Shown here: positions 28,865 to 40,150 of the stretch, in pieces | Layout of the letters: each line of letters opens with the position of its first letter | Position numbering within the stretch: position 1 is the stretch's first letter | NCBI GenBank assembly: GCA_963796055.1 | Contig: CAWCKH010000004.1 | Coordinates: 1,696,001-1,760,000 of the forward strand | Length of the DNA stretch: 64,000 nt | Reading direction: 5' to 3' | Origin: an uncultured delta proteobacterium | GTDB lineage: Bacteria > Myxococcota > Myxococcia > Myxococcales > Myxococcaceae | The notes under the pieces: model-generated | The model's database searches: none | What the model saw: only the letters and a program-made list of their open reading frames with translations | What the model was told of the DNA's origin: nothing | Translations under genes and position numbers: made by a program

Positions 28865-29683
28865 ATGAAACCGGAACGACCGATGGATGTCCCCGTTCAG
28901 GCGCTCTCGCCTCCAGCGCGCTCGCTCGCCCCGCGCGAGCACGGCGCCTACGGCCAGCTCGCGCTGCCGATGGCGGCAGCCCTCGCCAGCGGGCGGCCGG
29001 GCCCGGTCGCGCTCCTGCTCGCGGCGAGCGCCTGGGCGTTCTTCCTTGCCCACGAGCCTGCGCTGGTGCTCCTCGGCCGGCGCGGTGAGCGGGCGCGGAC
29101 CGAGCAGCGCCGCCGTGCGGTGAGCCGGCTTCTCGCCCTCGGGCTCGCCGGGGTCGCGCTCGGCGGCGCCGGGTTGATGCTCGTCTCCCCGTCGGTGCGC
29201 TGGGCGGCCCTGGCCAGTGCCGTCCTCGCCCTCGGCTTCGGCGCAGTGGTGGCGCTCGGAGGCGAGCGCTCGGCACCGGGTGAGATGCTGGCTTCCATCG
29301 CGCTCGCCGGGGCCGCCTTCCCGGTCGCCCTCGCCGCGGGCCTGCCCGAGGACGACGCCGCAAGGGCCTGGCTGGTCTGGTCGATCGGGCTTGCCGCCCT
29401 CGTTCTCCCGGTGCGGAGCATCGGCGCGCGCCGGCGAGGAAGCGCATCCCTCGTGTCGCGGCTGCTGCCGGCAGCAGTGGCGCTGTGCCTCGGCTTCGCA
29501 CTCCGGGGACGCCCGCTCACCCGGATGGACCTCGCCGCGCTCGCGGCGCTCGTCGTGACCAGCGCCTGGCTCGGGCTGACCCGGCCCGACCCGCGACACC
29601 TTCGCCGCGTCGGCTGGAGCATCGTGGGAGCCACGCTGGTGGCCGGGGTCGTGCTGGTCCTCGCCGTCCGGGTCGGCGCATGA
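28865..29683 (+). CDS. YwiC-like membrane protein
   Basis: PREHGAY N-terminal motif, multiple TM helices, C-terminal LRRVGW. Confidence 0.75.
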   Translation: MKPERPMDVPVQALSPPARSLAPREHGAYGQLALPMAAALASGRPGPVALLLAASAWAFFLAHEPALVLLGRRGERARTEQRRRAVSRLLALGLAGVALGGAGLMLVSPSVRWAALASAVLALGFGAVVALGGERSAPGEMLASIALAGAAFPVALAAGLPEDDAARAWLVWSIGLAALVLPVRSIGARRRGSASLVSRLLPAAVALCLGFALRGRPLTRMDLAALAALVVTSAWLGLTRPDPRHLRRVGWSIVGATLVAGVVLVLAVRVGA

Positions 29684-29748
29684 GGCGGACCTACTTCCTC
29701 GGGTGGGGCCCGCCCACTGCTGGCATTCGTTCCACGACTAGTTCCATA

Positions 29749-30825
<1,077 letters not shown>

Positions 30826-30960
30826 CTGGCACGCGTGGCTGGTCCAGGGCTCGTCGCGCGGCGTCGGCGCGATGCCCAGCTGGAGCCGATCCACCTCGCG
30901 GAGCCAACGAACGCGGCATTCAACCAGGGGGGTGAACTCGGCCAGGGGATCCGGCCTGCC

Positions 30961-33900
30961 TCATGTTTCGGACGAGGGGAGCACCGGAGCGAGCATCCGG
31001 GCCATCCGCGCCGGATGCCTGATTTCCTCTCCCTCCATCCATCGGTCCGCTTCCCCGACCAGCGCCCTCCCGCGCTCGCCCCCGACCAGCTCACCCAGAA
31101 TCCTGCGAGCGGCGGTCTCGTAGAGGCGCATGTCAGCGCGCTGGAAGCCAGCGATGGACTGCTCGAGCAGCACCGCGACCCGTGGTAGCTCGCCTCGACG
31201 GGCCCCGATCCCGGCACGCAACAACATCGCGAGCGGATCTCCGTAGGGCATGCCCTCCCGCTCGATGGCTTCGGCCGCACGTTCGACGACCCGCACAAGC
31301 GCTGGCTCCGCACGTGCAGCAACCCCGAGCGCAGCCCGAGCTCGGAGATAGTGTGCCTCGATTCGCAAGAGCTGGATGCGCAGGAGCATCGAACGCTTCA
31401 ACTCCGGCCAGGCCGCATCAATCCGCTCAAGCGCCGTGGCCGCTTTGCCCTCGTAGAGCTCGATCTGAACCCGAGCAAGCAAGGAATTGAAGTGCTGCCG
31501 GAAGAACTGCCGCTTCGACCACTCCATTCTCGCTGCGTCGAGCTCACGCCGTGCTCCCGCTGGGTCGTCGGCGGCGAGCCAGACGATGTTGTTTCGGGTG
31601 CGGATGTCGTTTGCCGCATACAAGTTGCCGCGCTCGAGCGCTCCGGCCATCAGTTCGGAAGCGCGGCGTCGGAGCTCGCGCATCTGGCCAAGGTACATGA
31701 TCGCTCCGAGCGTAAAGACGTGGCCGGTGGACAATTCCCAGGCGACACCCGTGCAGCGCTCCTTGAGCAAGGCCTCGGCTTCCTCGCAGAGCGCCAGGCT
31801 CCTCCGCCACTCCCCGATGAGCAATGCACAGGCGCCGCCCATCAGGGCCGTCAGGCTCGAGGCATGTGGATTGTTCACCCGGGCGGCGGTTTTCCGCGCC
31901 CCTTCGAGGAGCGTCTCCACTCTCTTCAGGGCTGGGCGCCCTCGCGTCGCGACGAGGGCCGCTTCGAGCGCGAGTCCCCGCGCCACGCGGTAAGGCTCTC
32001 CAGAGGCGAGGGCCATCAACAGATGGCGGGTCTGAAAGTCGGCAGCGCGGATCGTGTCCACCATTGCGAGCCCGCGCGCAACAGCCCAGCAGAGATCGAT
32101 GCGGAAAAGCTCTGACTCTTCGACGTCCTTCACGTCGACCTCGCGAAAATGAAGACCGCGAAGGCGCAGCAGCGCCCGCTTCCGGAGCATCGACAACAGC
32201 GCTCGCCACGGGCTGGGTGCCATGGACATGCCCACCAGCTCGAGGAGCTCCCCCGTTACCCGGAGTCCGGAGTCGATGTGACCACTGACCAGGAACTGCT
32301 CGGCCGCGCGGCGCTTGAACTCCGAGCGCTGCCCGGGGTCCTGCGCAGCAGCTCGCATATACGCCTCGGCTGCCTCGGCGCACCGCCCTGCGTTCGCGAG
32401 CGCATCTCCCAGTCTTCCAGAGAGGGATGAGACCGTGCCCGTGGAGGCGCCGAGGCGTATCGCGCGCTGATAGAACTTTGCCGCACTTTCGAAGGCGAGA
32501 GTCCGCTCCGCGGATTCGGCCGCCTGCAGGGCCAGCCGCGATGCTTCTTCCAACTCACCCGCAGCCTCCAGATGCTCCACCAAGCGTTCCGGGTCGATGT
32601 TGCCAGCAGCGCGCAGGGCCTCGGCAACCGCGCGATGGCGGCTCCGCAGCAGCGCGGGCGACAGGCGCCTCACGGCTACCTCGCGGATTCGGTCGTGAAA
32701 GGTCTCGAGCAGATCTTCCGCGGTTCCCAACACGCGCAACAGGTTCTCCGAGCGCAGGAGGGTGAGCAGAGTGTGATCCTCCACCGCCACCCCGGCGGCT
32801 TGCCTGGCCAGCGCCGTGGGAAGCGGCCGGCCCGCCACAGCCACCACCTCGAGAAGTTCGAGGGCGCCCGGAGGAAGCTCCTCCAGACGCCGACTCAGGA
32901 CTTCATCGAGTGAACCTCGGGCGCGGGACCCGGCCAGCACGTCCCGATGCCGGGCCAGCTCATAAATGAAGAACGGATTTCCGCCCGACTCGCGGGCGAT
33001 GAGCTGCGCCACCTCCTGCTGGTGGGGAGGTACCAGTGCCCGGGCGAGCGTGGTCGCTTCTTCCAGGGGCAGGGGGGTGACCTCGACGATGCCGACCGGC
33101 CCTCCGTCCGCGGGCTCGGGGAGCAAGCCCCGGTAGCCCTCCAGGCGCTTTCCATCGCTTCGGAACGTGATGACCAACAGCAGGGCTGGTGAATCCGGCG
33201 GCCGCGCGATCTCGCCGATCAGCGCGGCGCTGTCACGGTCCCCCCACTGAAAGTCGTCGATGTGGAGGACCAGCGGATGTCGGTCCGCCAGCCTCCCCAA
33301 GAGCTCCCGCAAGGCGGCGAAGCCCCGCCGCCGCAACTCCTGGACGTCAGGAACCTCGGCAGTACGGTGGGGAGCCCGAGCGATCCCCCTGACCCTCTCC
33401 AACACTGGAAAGACCCGGACCAAGGCAGCGTGGTGACGCGGCAGGAGGGCCTCGACCTCCTCGTCGCCGAGGGTGGCGAGATAGCGGCTCAACGCATCGA
33501 CGAGGTCATCGAGCCCTTTGTACGGGACTGACTCACGCTCGTAACAATGGCCTTCCAGCACCACACCACCGGCCTCCTCGACCTGGTCGAGAAAATGGCG
33601 AACCAGCGCCGACTTCCCCATTCCCGAGGCGCCCTGGACGTAAAGGGTGTTTGTCCGTCCTGCGGTCGCGGCGGCAAGCGCGTCTCGGAGAAGGCCGAGT
33701 TGCTCAGCCCGGCCGACGAGAAGCGGTCGGCTGGAGCGCGGTGACCCGGTTGGTGCGGCACGGCTGCCGAGGCAGCTCAGCACCATCGGGCCGGAGGGAC
33801 GCTGCTCCGGCCGGGGTTGGAGGAGCGCCACCGCCAGCGCGGAAAGTTCAGGCAGAGAGCGTCGCAGTTCCGCCGGGACCTGAACGGGAACGGTAAGCCG

Positions 33901-34779
33901 TGCCTTGATGAGTCCGGGCAGGTCGGAGCGGTCTGTGCGATGCGGAAATTGGCCGGTCAGTGCCTGGTAGAGCAGTACTCCGACGCTGTACCAGTCGCTC
34001 GCTTCGGAGAGACGGCCACCCTGAAGGTGCTCTGGGGACATGTACTCCGGCGTGCCGACGAGTTCCAATCCGCCCACGTCGCGGGGCCGGGGCGTCAGGC
34101 TGGTCACCAGGTCGAAGTCAAGCAGCACCACCCGGCCACCCTGGTCGACGAGCACGTTGGAACTCTTGATGTCACGGTGGAGCTTACCGAAGCCGTGCAG
34201 GGCGCTCAGAGCCTCGGCCAGCTGGCGGAGGGCATCATGCAGCCGCACGGCGTCGGGAGGGGAGGGTGCGACCGCCGGGGCGCCGCTGTCATCAAGCGGT
34301 GACGACACCGCGTGGCTTGGTCCGGCGAGGTCATGATCTGCGGGCAACGGCCCAACGACGCTCTCCAGCGCGGCTGTTTCGAGCTCGGGTAGATGGTAGC
34401 TCAACGTCGACGGCTCGCCGGTGCTGACCGTGCGCGGCGGAACCGTGCCGGTCAGCCTGCCCCGCGGGCGGACCCACTCGACGAAGTCGACGCCCGGAAC
34501 GTACTCCATGGTGAAGAACCACTGAGAACCCTCGGACAGCAGCTCGTGCAGGCTGACGACATTTGGATGGGCGAAGTTGGTCAACGACCGGAACTCTTGC
34601 TTCAAGCGGTACAGCGCGCCTGCGCCGAGCTCACGCATCGTCTTGAGGGCCACCACCTCGCGACGCTGCGCATCGAAGACCTCGTAGACCACACCGGTCC
34701 CCCCCTCGCCGATGCGACGCAGCACGCGGAAGCGGTCGCCACCCGGTACATTGAGCGGGCCCTGCTCAGATGGTTCCAC
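30961..34779 (-). CDS. Cytoplasmic Ser/Thr kinase + P-loop (STAND-like) ATPase + TPR-like domain (start approximate)
   Basis: IGEGGTGVV, VALK, HRDIKSSN, DFD, GTPEYMSPE; Walker A GASGMGKS, Walker B LHIDD, GGNPFFI; helical C-terminus. Confidence 0.9.
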   Translation of the reverse strand: MEPSEQGPLNVPGGDRFRVLRRIGEGGTGVVYEVFDAQRREVVALKTMRELGAGALYRLKQEFRSLTNFAHPNVVSLHELLSEGSQWFFTMEYVPGVDFVEWVRPRGRLTGTVPPRTVSTGEPSTLSYHLPELETAALESVVGPLPADHDLAGPSHAVSSPLDDSGAPAVAPSPPDAVRLHDALRQLAEALSALHGFGKLHRDIKSSNVLVDQGGRVVLLDFDLVTSLTPRPRDVGGLELVGTPEYMSPEHLQGGRLSEASDWYSVGVLLYQALTGQFPHRTDRSDLPGLIKARLTVPVQVPAELRRSLPELSALAVALLQPRPEQRPSGPMVLSCLGSRAAPTGSPRSSRPLLVGRAEQLGLLRDALAAATAGRTNTLYVQGASGMGKSALVRHFLDQVEEAGGVVLEGHCYERESVPYKGLDDLVDALSRYLATLGDEEVEALLPRHHAALVRVFPVLERVRGIARAPHRTAEVPDVQELRRRGFAALRELLGRLADRHPLVLHIDDFQWGDRDSAALIGEIARPPDSPALLLVITFRSDGKRLEGYRGLLPEPADGGPVGIVEVTPLPLEEATTLARALVPPHQQEVAQLIARESGGNPFFIYELARHRDVLAGSRARGSLDEVLSRRLEELPPGALELLEVVAVAGRPLPTALARQAAGVAVEDHTLLTLLRSENLLRVLGTAEDLLETFHDRIREVAVRRLSPALLRSRHRAVAEALRAAGNIDPERLVEHLEAAGELEEASRLALQAAESAERTLAFESAAKFYQRAIRLGASTGTVSSLSGRLGDALANAGRCAEAAEAYMRAAAQDPGQRSEFKRRAAEQFLVSGHIDSGLRVTGELLELVGMSMAPSPWRALLSMLRKRALLRLRGLHFREVDVKDVEESELFRIDLCWAVARGLAMVDTIRAADFQTRHLLMALASGEPYRVARGLALEAALVATRGRPALKRVETLLEGARKTAARVNNPHASSLTALMGGACALLIGEWRRSLALCEEAEALLKERCTGVAWELSTGHVFTLGAIMYLGQMRELRRRASELMAGALERGNLYAANDIRTRNNIVWLAADDPAGARRELDAARMEWSKRQFFRQHFNSLLARVQIELYEGKAATALERIDAAWPELKRSMLLRIQLLRIEAHYLRARAALGVAARAEPALVRVVERAAEAIEREGMPYGDPLAMLLRAGIGARRGELPRVAVLLEQSIAGFQRADMRLYETAARRILGELVGGERGRALVGEADRWMEGEEIRHPARMARMLAPVLPSSET

Positions 34780-35125
34780 CGGGGCCGTCCCCCATTCGAT
34801 TCGACCGAGCTGCTTTCGGCGCCTTGGGGCGCTCGAGCTTATTGCCTCCACTCGCCGATAGCCAATTGAGCGTGCCCGTTCCGGGTAGCTCGAGCGCGGA
34901 GTGCTGCCAGATTCAGGAGAACGACGTCCTGGGCCTCGAGCGGATCTTCCACGCAAGTGGCTGGAGAGCCGATTCGATTCCCGGGAGGTGCCCACGCCGC
35001 GGCGTGTGCGCCCTTTCTCGGTGGGTGACCGCCAGTCCCAGGTTCGCGACGAGAGCCGGCTGTTCTCGCCCCCGGAGTCGCTAGCTGTATCGAGACTTCG
35101 CCAAACGACGATGTATCTTGGGTGC

Positions 35126-36064
35126 ATGAGCTTCGACTCCCGGCCGCGGATTGTCGCCACCGAGGCGGCCATCCGGCCTCAGATCCGGCGCACCCCGGTG
35201 GTGGAGATCTCCGGCGGGGAGCTCGGAGTGGACGGCCAGATGGTCACCCTCAAGCTGGAGCTGCTCCAGCATTCTGGCTCCTTCAAGGCCCGGGGCGCCT
35301 TTGCCAACCTCGCCCTGCGCAAGGTCCCTCCGGTGGGAGTGGTGGCTGCCTCGGGCGGCAACCACGGGGTGGCGGTGGCCTTCGCCGCGAGGAGCCGAGG
35401 GGTGCCGGCGAAGATCTTTGTCCCCGCCATCTGCTCCCCGGCGAAGATCGACCGCATCCGCGCCTACGGCGCCGAGCTGGTGGTCGGCGGCGAGTCGTAC
35501 GCCGAGGCGCTGGCCGCGAGCGAGGCCTGGGTGGAGAGGAGCGAGGCGATGCCGATCCACGCCTTCGACCAGGAAGAGACCATCCTCGGACAGGGCACCC
35601 TCGGCCTCGAGCTCGAGGCCCAGGCGCCCGGACTGGACACCGTGCTGGTGGGAGTCGGCGGAGGCGGTCTCCTCTCCGGGGTCGCATCCTGGTACGGACG
35701 GCGCGTCCGGCTGATCGGAGTCGAGCCCGAGGGCGCCCCCACGCTCACCCGCGCACTGGAGGCGGGCCGGCCGGTGGATGCCCCGGTGGGGAGCATCGCC
35801 GTCGACTCCCTCGCCCCGCGCCGCGTCGGCGAGCGGAACCTCCCGATCCTCCGTGACACCGTGACCGAGGTGGTGCTGGTGAGCGACGCGGAGATCCGCG
35901 CGGCGCAGCGGAAGCTCTGGGAGCTGCTCCGCATCGTCGCCGAGCCGGGCGGCGCGGCGGCCTTCTCCGCGCTCCTCTCGGGCAAGGTGCGGGCCCGACC
36001 CGGCGAGCGGATCGGCGTCGTGGTCAGCGGCGGGAACACCACCGCGGTCGATTTCGAACGGTGA
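35126..36064 (+). CDS. PLP-dependent serine/threonine dehydratase family protein
   Basis: LKLELLQHSGSFKARG (PLP Lys), ASGGNHG, VGGGGL, VSGGN. Confidence 0.92.
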   Translation: MSFDSRPRIVATEAAIRPQIRRTPVVEISGGELGVDGQMVTLKLELLQHSGSFKARGAFANLALRKVPPVGVVAASGGNHGVAVAFAARSRGVPAKIFVPAICSPAKIDRIRAYGAELVVGGESYAEALAASEAWVERSEAMPIHAFDQEETILGQGTLGLELEAQAPGLDTVLVGVGGGGLLSGVASWYGRRVRLIGVEPEGAPTLTRALEAGRPVDAPVGSIAVDSLAPRRVGERNLPILRDTVTEVVLVSDAEIRAAQRKLWELLRIVAEPGGAAAFSALLSGKVRARPGERIGVVVSGGNTTAVDFER

Positions 36065-36080
36065 GCGAGGAGACTCGACG

Positions 36081-36461
36081 ATGCGAGAGGCGATTCACGC
36101 GGACCGGCCCACGGGCCTGCCGTTCTCCGCAGGGGTGCGCGGCCCAGGAGTCCTCTATCTCAGCGGCCAGGTGGGGCTGGATCCGGCCACCGGTCGCCTC
36201 ATCTCGGGGGACGTGGCTGCGCAGACCGCCAGGACGCTGGACAACATCCGTGCCCTCCTCGAATCCGTCGGCTCCTCGCTCGACGAGGTGCTCCGCGTCG
36301 GCGTGTACCTCACCAGCATGGAGTCGTTCGCGGCGATGAACGAGGTCTACGCCCGGTACTTCCGGCAGCCCTTCCCGGCACGCACCACCGTCGCCGTCCG
36401 CGAGCTGCCCATGGGCGCGGCGGTGGAGATCGAGATGACGGTGGCGGATCGCCGGGCGTGA
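36081..36461 (+). CDS. RidA family enamine/imine deaminase
   Basis: LYLSGQVG, MNEVYARYF..PFPARTTV (catalytic Arg), VEIE. Confidence 0.92.
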   Translation: MREAIHADRPTGLPFSAGVRGPGVLYLSGQVGLDPATGRLISGDVAAQTARTLDNIRALLESVGSSLDEVLRVGVYLTSMESFAAMNEVYARYFRQPFPARTTVAVRELPMGAAVEIEMTVADRRA

Positions 36462-36808
36462 GGGTGCCGGCGCGGCGAAGGGTGGCGAAGACGGTCGAGG
36501 ACCTCGGTTCCGGGCTTCTCGATGCCCTCCGGGCACTGGACAACGATCGCCGCCTGCAGATCCTCCGCTGGCTCCGGGAACCGACGCGGCACTTCCGGCC
36601 ACAGGTTGACGGCGACCTGGAGGAGGACGGCGTCTGCGGCCTCCTCATCGCGGAGAAGCTGGGCCTGGGTCAGCCGACCGTCAGCGAGCACATGCGCCTG
36701 CTGGTCCGAGCCGGGCTGGTCCGGGCGAAGCGGATCAAGCAATGGACCTTCTATCGCCGGGACGACCGGCGACTGGAGGAGGTCCTGCGCGCACTGCGCG
36801 CGCTGTGA
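36458..36808 (+). CDS. ArsR/SmtB family transcriptional regulator
   Basis: RRLQILRWL, GVC, LGLGQPTVSEHMRLL..AGLV, QWTFY. Confidence 0.88.
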   Translation: MRVPARRRVAKTVEDLGSGLLDALRALDNDRRLQILRWLREPTRHFRPQVDGDLEEDGVCGLLIAEKLGLGQPTVSEHMRLLVRAGLVRAKRIKQWTFYRRDDRRLEEVLRALRAL

Positions 36809-36858
36809 GGCGCTGAAGTCATCGCAACGTCTCGAGTTTCCCGCGCCGGCCCCGGGGG

Positions 36859-36885
36859 TGTCCGGAACAGGCGCGCCCGGACGTC
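36859..36885 (+). promoter_or_regulatory. Candidate ECF42-type promoter
   Basis: TGTCCG-N17-CGTC upstream of SRPBCC-YciI-ECF, close to the TGTCGA/CGTC motif described for ECF42. Confidence 0.45.
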
Positions 36886-36985
36886 TCTCCGGGCACCATG
36901 AGAGCCGAGGTGCAAGCAGCCCGACCAGGCGCCCGGCCGACCGCGCTTCCGGCGCGGACACCACTCGTGGCAAGGAGCCAGAGAG

Positions 36986-37507
36986 ATGCGACAGCTTGCT
37001 GACCCACTGCCCGCCGCCCCACGCGCGACCATCGACTCGGCGACCGGCACCGTGACCGCCACCGTGGAGGTCGCCTGCCCGCCGGAGCGGGTGTACCGGA
37101 TGCTGGTCACCGCCGAGGCCGAACGCTGGTGGGGCGCGCCCGAGGTCTACCGGATGGAGGAGTGGAGCGCGGATCTCCGCGTCGGCGGCACCTGGCGGGT
37201 GATGGTCTGCATGGCCGGGGGCCCACGGTTTCCCGCCAGCGGGGAGTTCCTCGAGTTCGACCCGCCCGGACGCATCGTCCAGACCCGGCGGTACCACTCT
37301 GACCATCCCACGCTGGGGCGCCGGGACACGGTCGTCACCTACGCGCTCGCCCCACGAGGGACCGGAACGCACCTGACGGTCGTGCACCAGGGTTTCCGCA
37401 GGCTGGACCAGGCTGCGTCCGAGCACGCCGCCGGCTGGGAGCGGATGCTCGGCTGGCTCCAGGCGTACAGCCAGCTGGTCCGCGACGAGGAGGGGGGCTG
37501 GCGATGA
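36986..37507 (+). CDS. SRPBCC/AHSA1-like protein
   Basis: ACPPERVY, DLRVGGTWR, GEFLEFDPPGRIV, HAAGW; AAGGAG RBS. Confidence 0.88.
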   Translation: MRQLADPLPAAPRATIDSATGTVTATVEVACPPERVYRMLVTAEAERWWGAPEVYRMEEWSADLRVGGTWRVMVCMAGGPRFPASGEFLEFDPPGRIVQTRRYHSDHPTLGRRDTVVTYALAPRGTGTHLTVVHQGFRRLDQAASEHAAGWERMLGWLQAYSQLVRDEEGGWR

Positions 37508-37851
37508 GCGACTTTCTCTTGCTGTACCGCCTGCCTTCCGATTCGCCGGACATGCCCGGCTCGCCCCAGCGGATGCAGGAGCGCATGGAGCGGTGGAGAG
37601 CCTGGTTCGGCGAGCTCGAGGCGAAGGGGCAACTCAAGACCCTGGGTCACCCCCTGGAGATGGGCGGCGCGGTGGTGAAGGACGGCGGCGGCACGGTGTA
37701 CGACGGCCCGTACGCGGAGTCGAAGGACATCCTGGTCGGCTACAGCGTCGTGCAGACCTTGGATCTGGCCGAGGCGCGCGCCGTCGCCTCCAGGTGTCCG
37801 GTCCTCGCCTATGGAGGGATGGTCGAGGTACGGCCCATCCGGCAGATGTGA
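37504..37851 (+). CDS. YciI/DGPF-domain protein
   Basis: DGPYAESKDILVGY, VEVRP. Confidence 0.9.
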   Translation: MSDFLLLYRLPSDSPDMPGSPQRMQERMERWRAWFGELEAKGQLKTLGHPLEMGGAVVKDGGGTVYDGPYAESKDILVGYSVVQTLDLAEARAVASRCPVLAYGGMVEVRPIRQM

Positions 37852-39179
37852 GCGCCGCGCCGCCCGACGAGCATTTCTTCCGCCGCGAGTCGGGCCGGCT
37901 CGTGGCGACGCTGACCCGCGTGGTCGGCGTCCAGCACCTCGCCCTGGTCGAGGACGCGGTGCAGGAGACGCTCGCCTCGGCGGTGGAGGTCTGGGCCTTC
38001 CGGGGCCTGCCGGACAACGCCTCCGCCTGGCTGATGACCGCGGCCCGGAACCGCGCGATCAGCCTGCTCCGCCGGGAGCGCACCGCACGGCGGTTCGCCC
38101 CGGAGATTGGCCGTCTCGCGGACGAGGAGGTGTCCTCTCCCGAGCCGCAGGGACGTCTTCCCGCGGCGCTGGCCGACGACGAGCTGCGGATGATGTTTTC
38201 ATGCTGTCACCCCGACATCTCCGAGGACGCGCAGATCGCGCTGGTGCTCTCGCTGCTCTGCGGCTTCTCGGCGGGGGAGGTCGCCGGGGCGTTCCTGGTC
38301 TCGCGGGCCGCGATGGAGAAGCGGCTGACCCGGGCGAAGAAGGTGCTGGCGGGCTCCTCGGGCCTCTTCGAGCTCGGGGCGCGCGACTTCGATGCGCGGC
38401 TCGCCGCCGTTCTCCGGGCGCTCTATCTGCTGTTCAGCGAGGGCTACCACGGTGCCTGTCCGGACGCGGTGGTGCGTCTCGACCTCTGCCGGGAGGCGAT
38501 GCGGCTCGTCGCCCTGCTGGTGGACCATACCCCCGCGGCGACGCCGGCGACGCATGCGCTCGCGGCGCTGATGTGCCTGCACGCGGCGCGGCTCCCCGCC
38601 CGGGTGGACGACGCCGGCCTCCTCACCGAGCTCGCCCGGCAGGACCGGAGCCGGTGGGATGCACGTCTGATCGCCCGTGGCCTCGAGCTGCTCGAGGACT
38701 CCGCGCGAGGAGAGGTGGTCTCCGAGTACCACCTGGAGGCGGCCATCGCCGCGACCCACGCCCTGGCCCCCAGCGCAGAGAAGACGGCGTGGAAGGACAT
38801 CGTCGACCTCTACGACGCGCTGTTGCGGATCCGGCCCTCTCCGGTGGTCGCGCTCAACCGGGCGGTGGCGCTTGCCGAGGCCGAGGGTCCGGAGCGGGGC
38901 CTGGAGGCCTTGCGGGCGATCCAGGGAGTGGAGCGACTGGCGGAGTACCCGTTCTATCCCGCCGCGCTCGGCACGCTCGAGCTCCGCCGTGGAGACTCCG
39001 CTGCTGCCATCCGGCACTTCCGCGCGGCACTGCGCAGCGCCCGGAACGAGGGTGAGCGGAGGTTCCTCGAGCGGCGTCTGCGGGACTGTGGCGCGGAGGC
39101 TAGCCCTCGGACGGCAGAGGCGGCTTCCGGGCGTTCGCCGCGCCGGCGCGGGGTCCGCCGCCCCACCGCTGCGAAGTGA
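37848..39179 (+). CDS. ECF42-type sigma factor with C-terminal TPR-like extension
   Basis: EDAVQE..WLMTAARNRAIS, LRMMFSCCHP, LYLLFSEGY, QDRSRWD, SPVVALNRAVA; coupled to a DGPF gene. Confidence 0.9.
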   Translation: MSAAPPDEHFFRRESGRLVATLTRVVGVQHLALVEDAVQETLASAVEVWAFRGLPDNASAWLMTAARNRAISLLRRERTARRFAPEIGRLADEEVSSPEPQGRLPAALADDELRMMFSCCHPDISEDAQIALVLSLLCGFSAGEVAGAFLVSRAAMEKRLTRAKKVLAGSSGLFELGARDFDARLAAVLRALYLLFSEGYHGACPDAVVRLDLCREAMRLVALLVDHTPAATPATHALAALMCLHAARLPARVDDAGLLTELARQDRSRWDARLIARGLELLEDSARGEVVSEYHLEAAIAATHALAPSAEKTAWKDIVDLYDALLRIRPSPVVALNRAVALAEAEGPERGLEALRAIQGVERLAEYPFYPAALGTLELRRGDSAAAIRHFRAALRSARNEGERRFLERRLRDCGAEASPRTAEAASGRSPRRRGVRRPTAAK

Positions 39180-39906
39180 GTAGCACGCAGGCCACCATGA
39201 AGGCGGCCAGGACCGCCGAGGAGGAGAAGCGCCCCAGCCCCAGCCCTCCCGTCGACGGGGGCTTGGTGAGGAAGTCCCCCAGCGTCGCGCCCAGGGGCCG
39301 GGTGAGGACGAAGGCCGCCCAGAAGAGGAGGCTGCGCGAGACGGTGGTGAACCGGTACAGGAGCGCCACCACCACCAGAGCAGCGGCGAAGACCAGCGCC
39401 CCTCCGCGATAGCCGAGGCCGGAGCTGTCGGCGAGGAAGTCTCCCAGCGCGGTGCCCAGCGTGTTCGAGACCAGGATGGTGGCCCAGTAGAAGATCTCGA
39501 CCCTTGGGCTCTGGATGGAGTCGACCGACACGTCGCCCTCGGTGCGCCACCAGGCCAGCAGCACCAGGACCACCAGGGCGAAGAGCAACAGTGACCCTCC
39601 CACGTAGCCGATGCCCAGCGAGCGGTCGGCGAAGTCGGCCATCGTCGTCCCCGCGGTGGTGGTGGCGACGATCACTGTCCAGTAGAGGAAGGGGTGGAAG
39701 CGGCGGGCGCGGACCTGCGCCCAGACCGCGACCGCGAAGAGCCCGAGGAAGAGCGCGGTACTGACCGCGTACCCGAGGCGCAAGGTCATCGACAGCGCAT
39801 CGCCGGCGGTCTCGCCGAGCGTCGTCGCGGCGATCTTCACCACCCAGAAGCTGAGGGTGACGTGGGGGACCTTGCTTCCGTGCGCCGGTCCACGTTCGGA
39901 GCGCAT
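39100..39906 (-). CDS. COG4705/DUF347-type membrane protein
   Basis: SKVPHVTLSFWVVKIAATTLGETAGD, SNTLGTALGD, TRPLGATLGD internal repeats. Confidence 0.85.
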   Translation of the reverse strand: MRSERGPAHGSKVPHVTLSFWVVKIAATTLGETAGDALSMTLRLGYAVSTALFLGLFAVAVWAQVRARRFHPFLYWTVIVATTTAGTTMADFADRSLGIGYVGGSLLLFALVVLVLLAWWRTEGDVSVDSIQSPRVEIFYWATILVSNTLGTALGDFLADSSGLGYRGGALVFAAALVVVALLYRFTTVSRSLLFWAAFVLTRPLGATLGDFLTKPPSTGGLGLGRFSSSAVLAAFMVACVLLTSQRWGGGPRAGAANARKPPLPSEG

Positions 39907-40150
39907 CCGGGCCAGTTAGCGCGAAGAAGGCCACCGTTCCGGCCCGGTCACTGCCCGCCGGGAAGCTCTGTTGAGGGATCAACGACCGGGCGGCCATCCG
40001 CCGAGCGCATGTCACGCGACCTTCTTCGTCTCCGCACTCGCCGCTGCGGACGACCAGCCGGCTCGCGGCCTTCGGTGCCACCGGGCTTGGTGCGCCTCGC
40101 ACAGGCCTCTCCGCGTCGGCCGCCGCCCGTGCTACACCGCCTCGGGCGCC

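Noticed and set aside
30826..30843. CTGGCACG as a sigma-54 promoter
   Set aside because: No GC at -12, and it lies between convergent genes.
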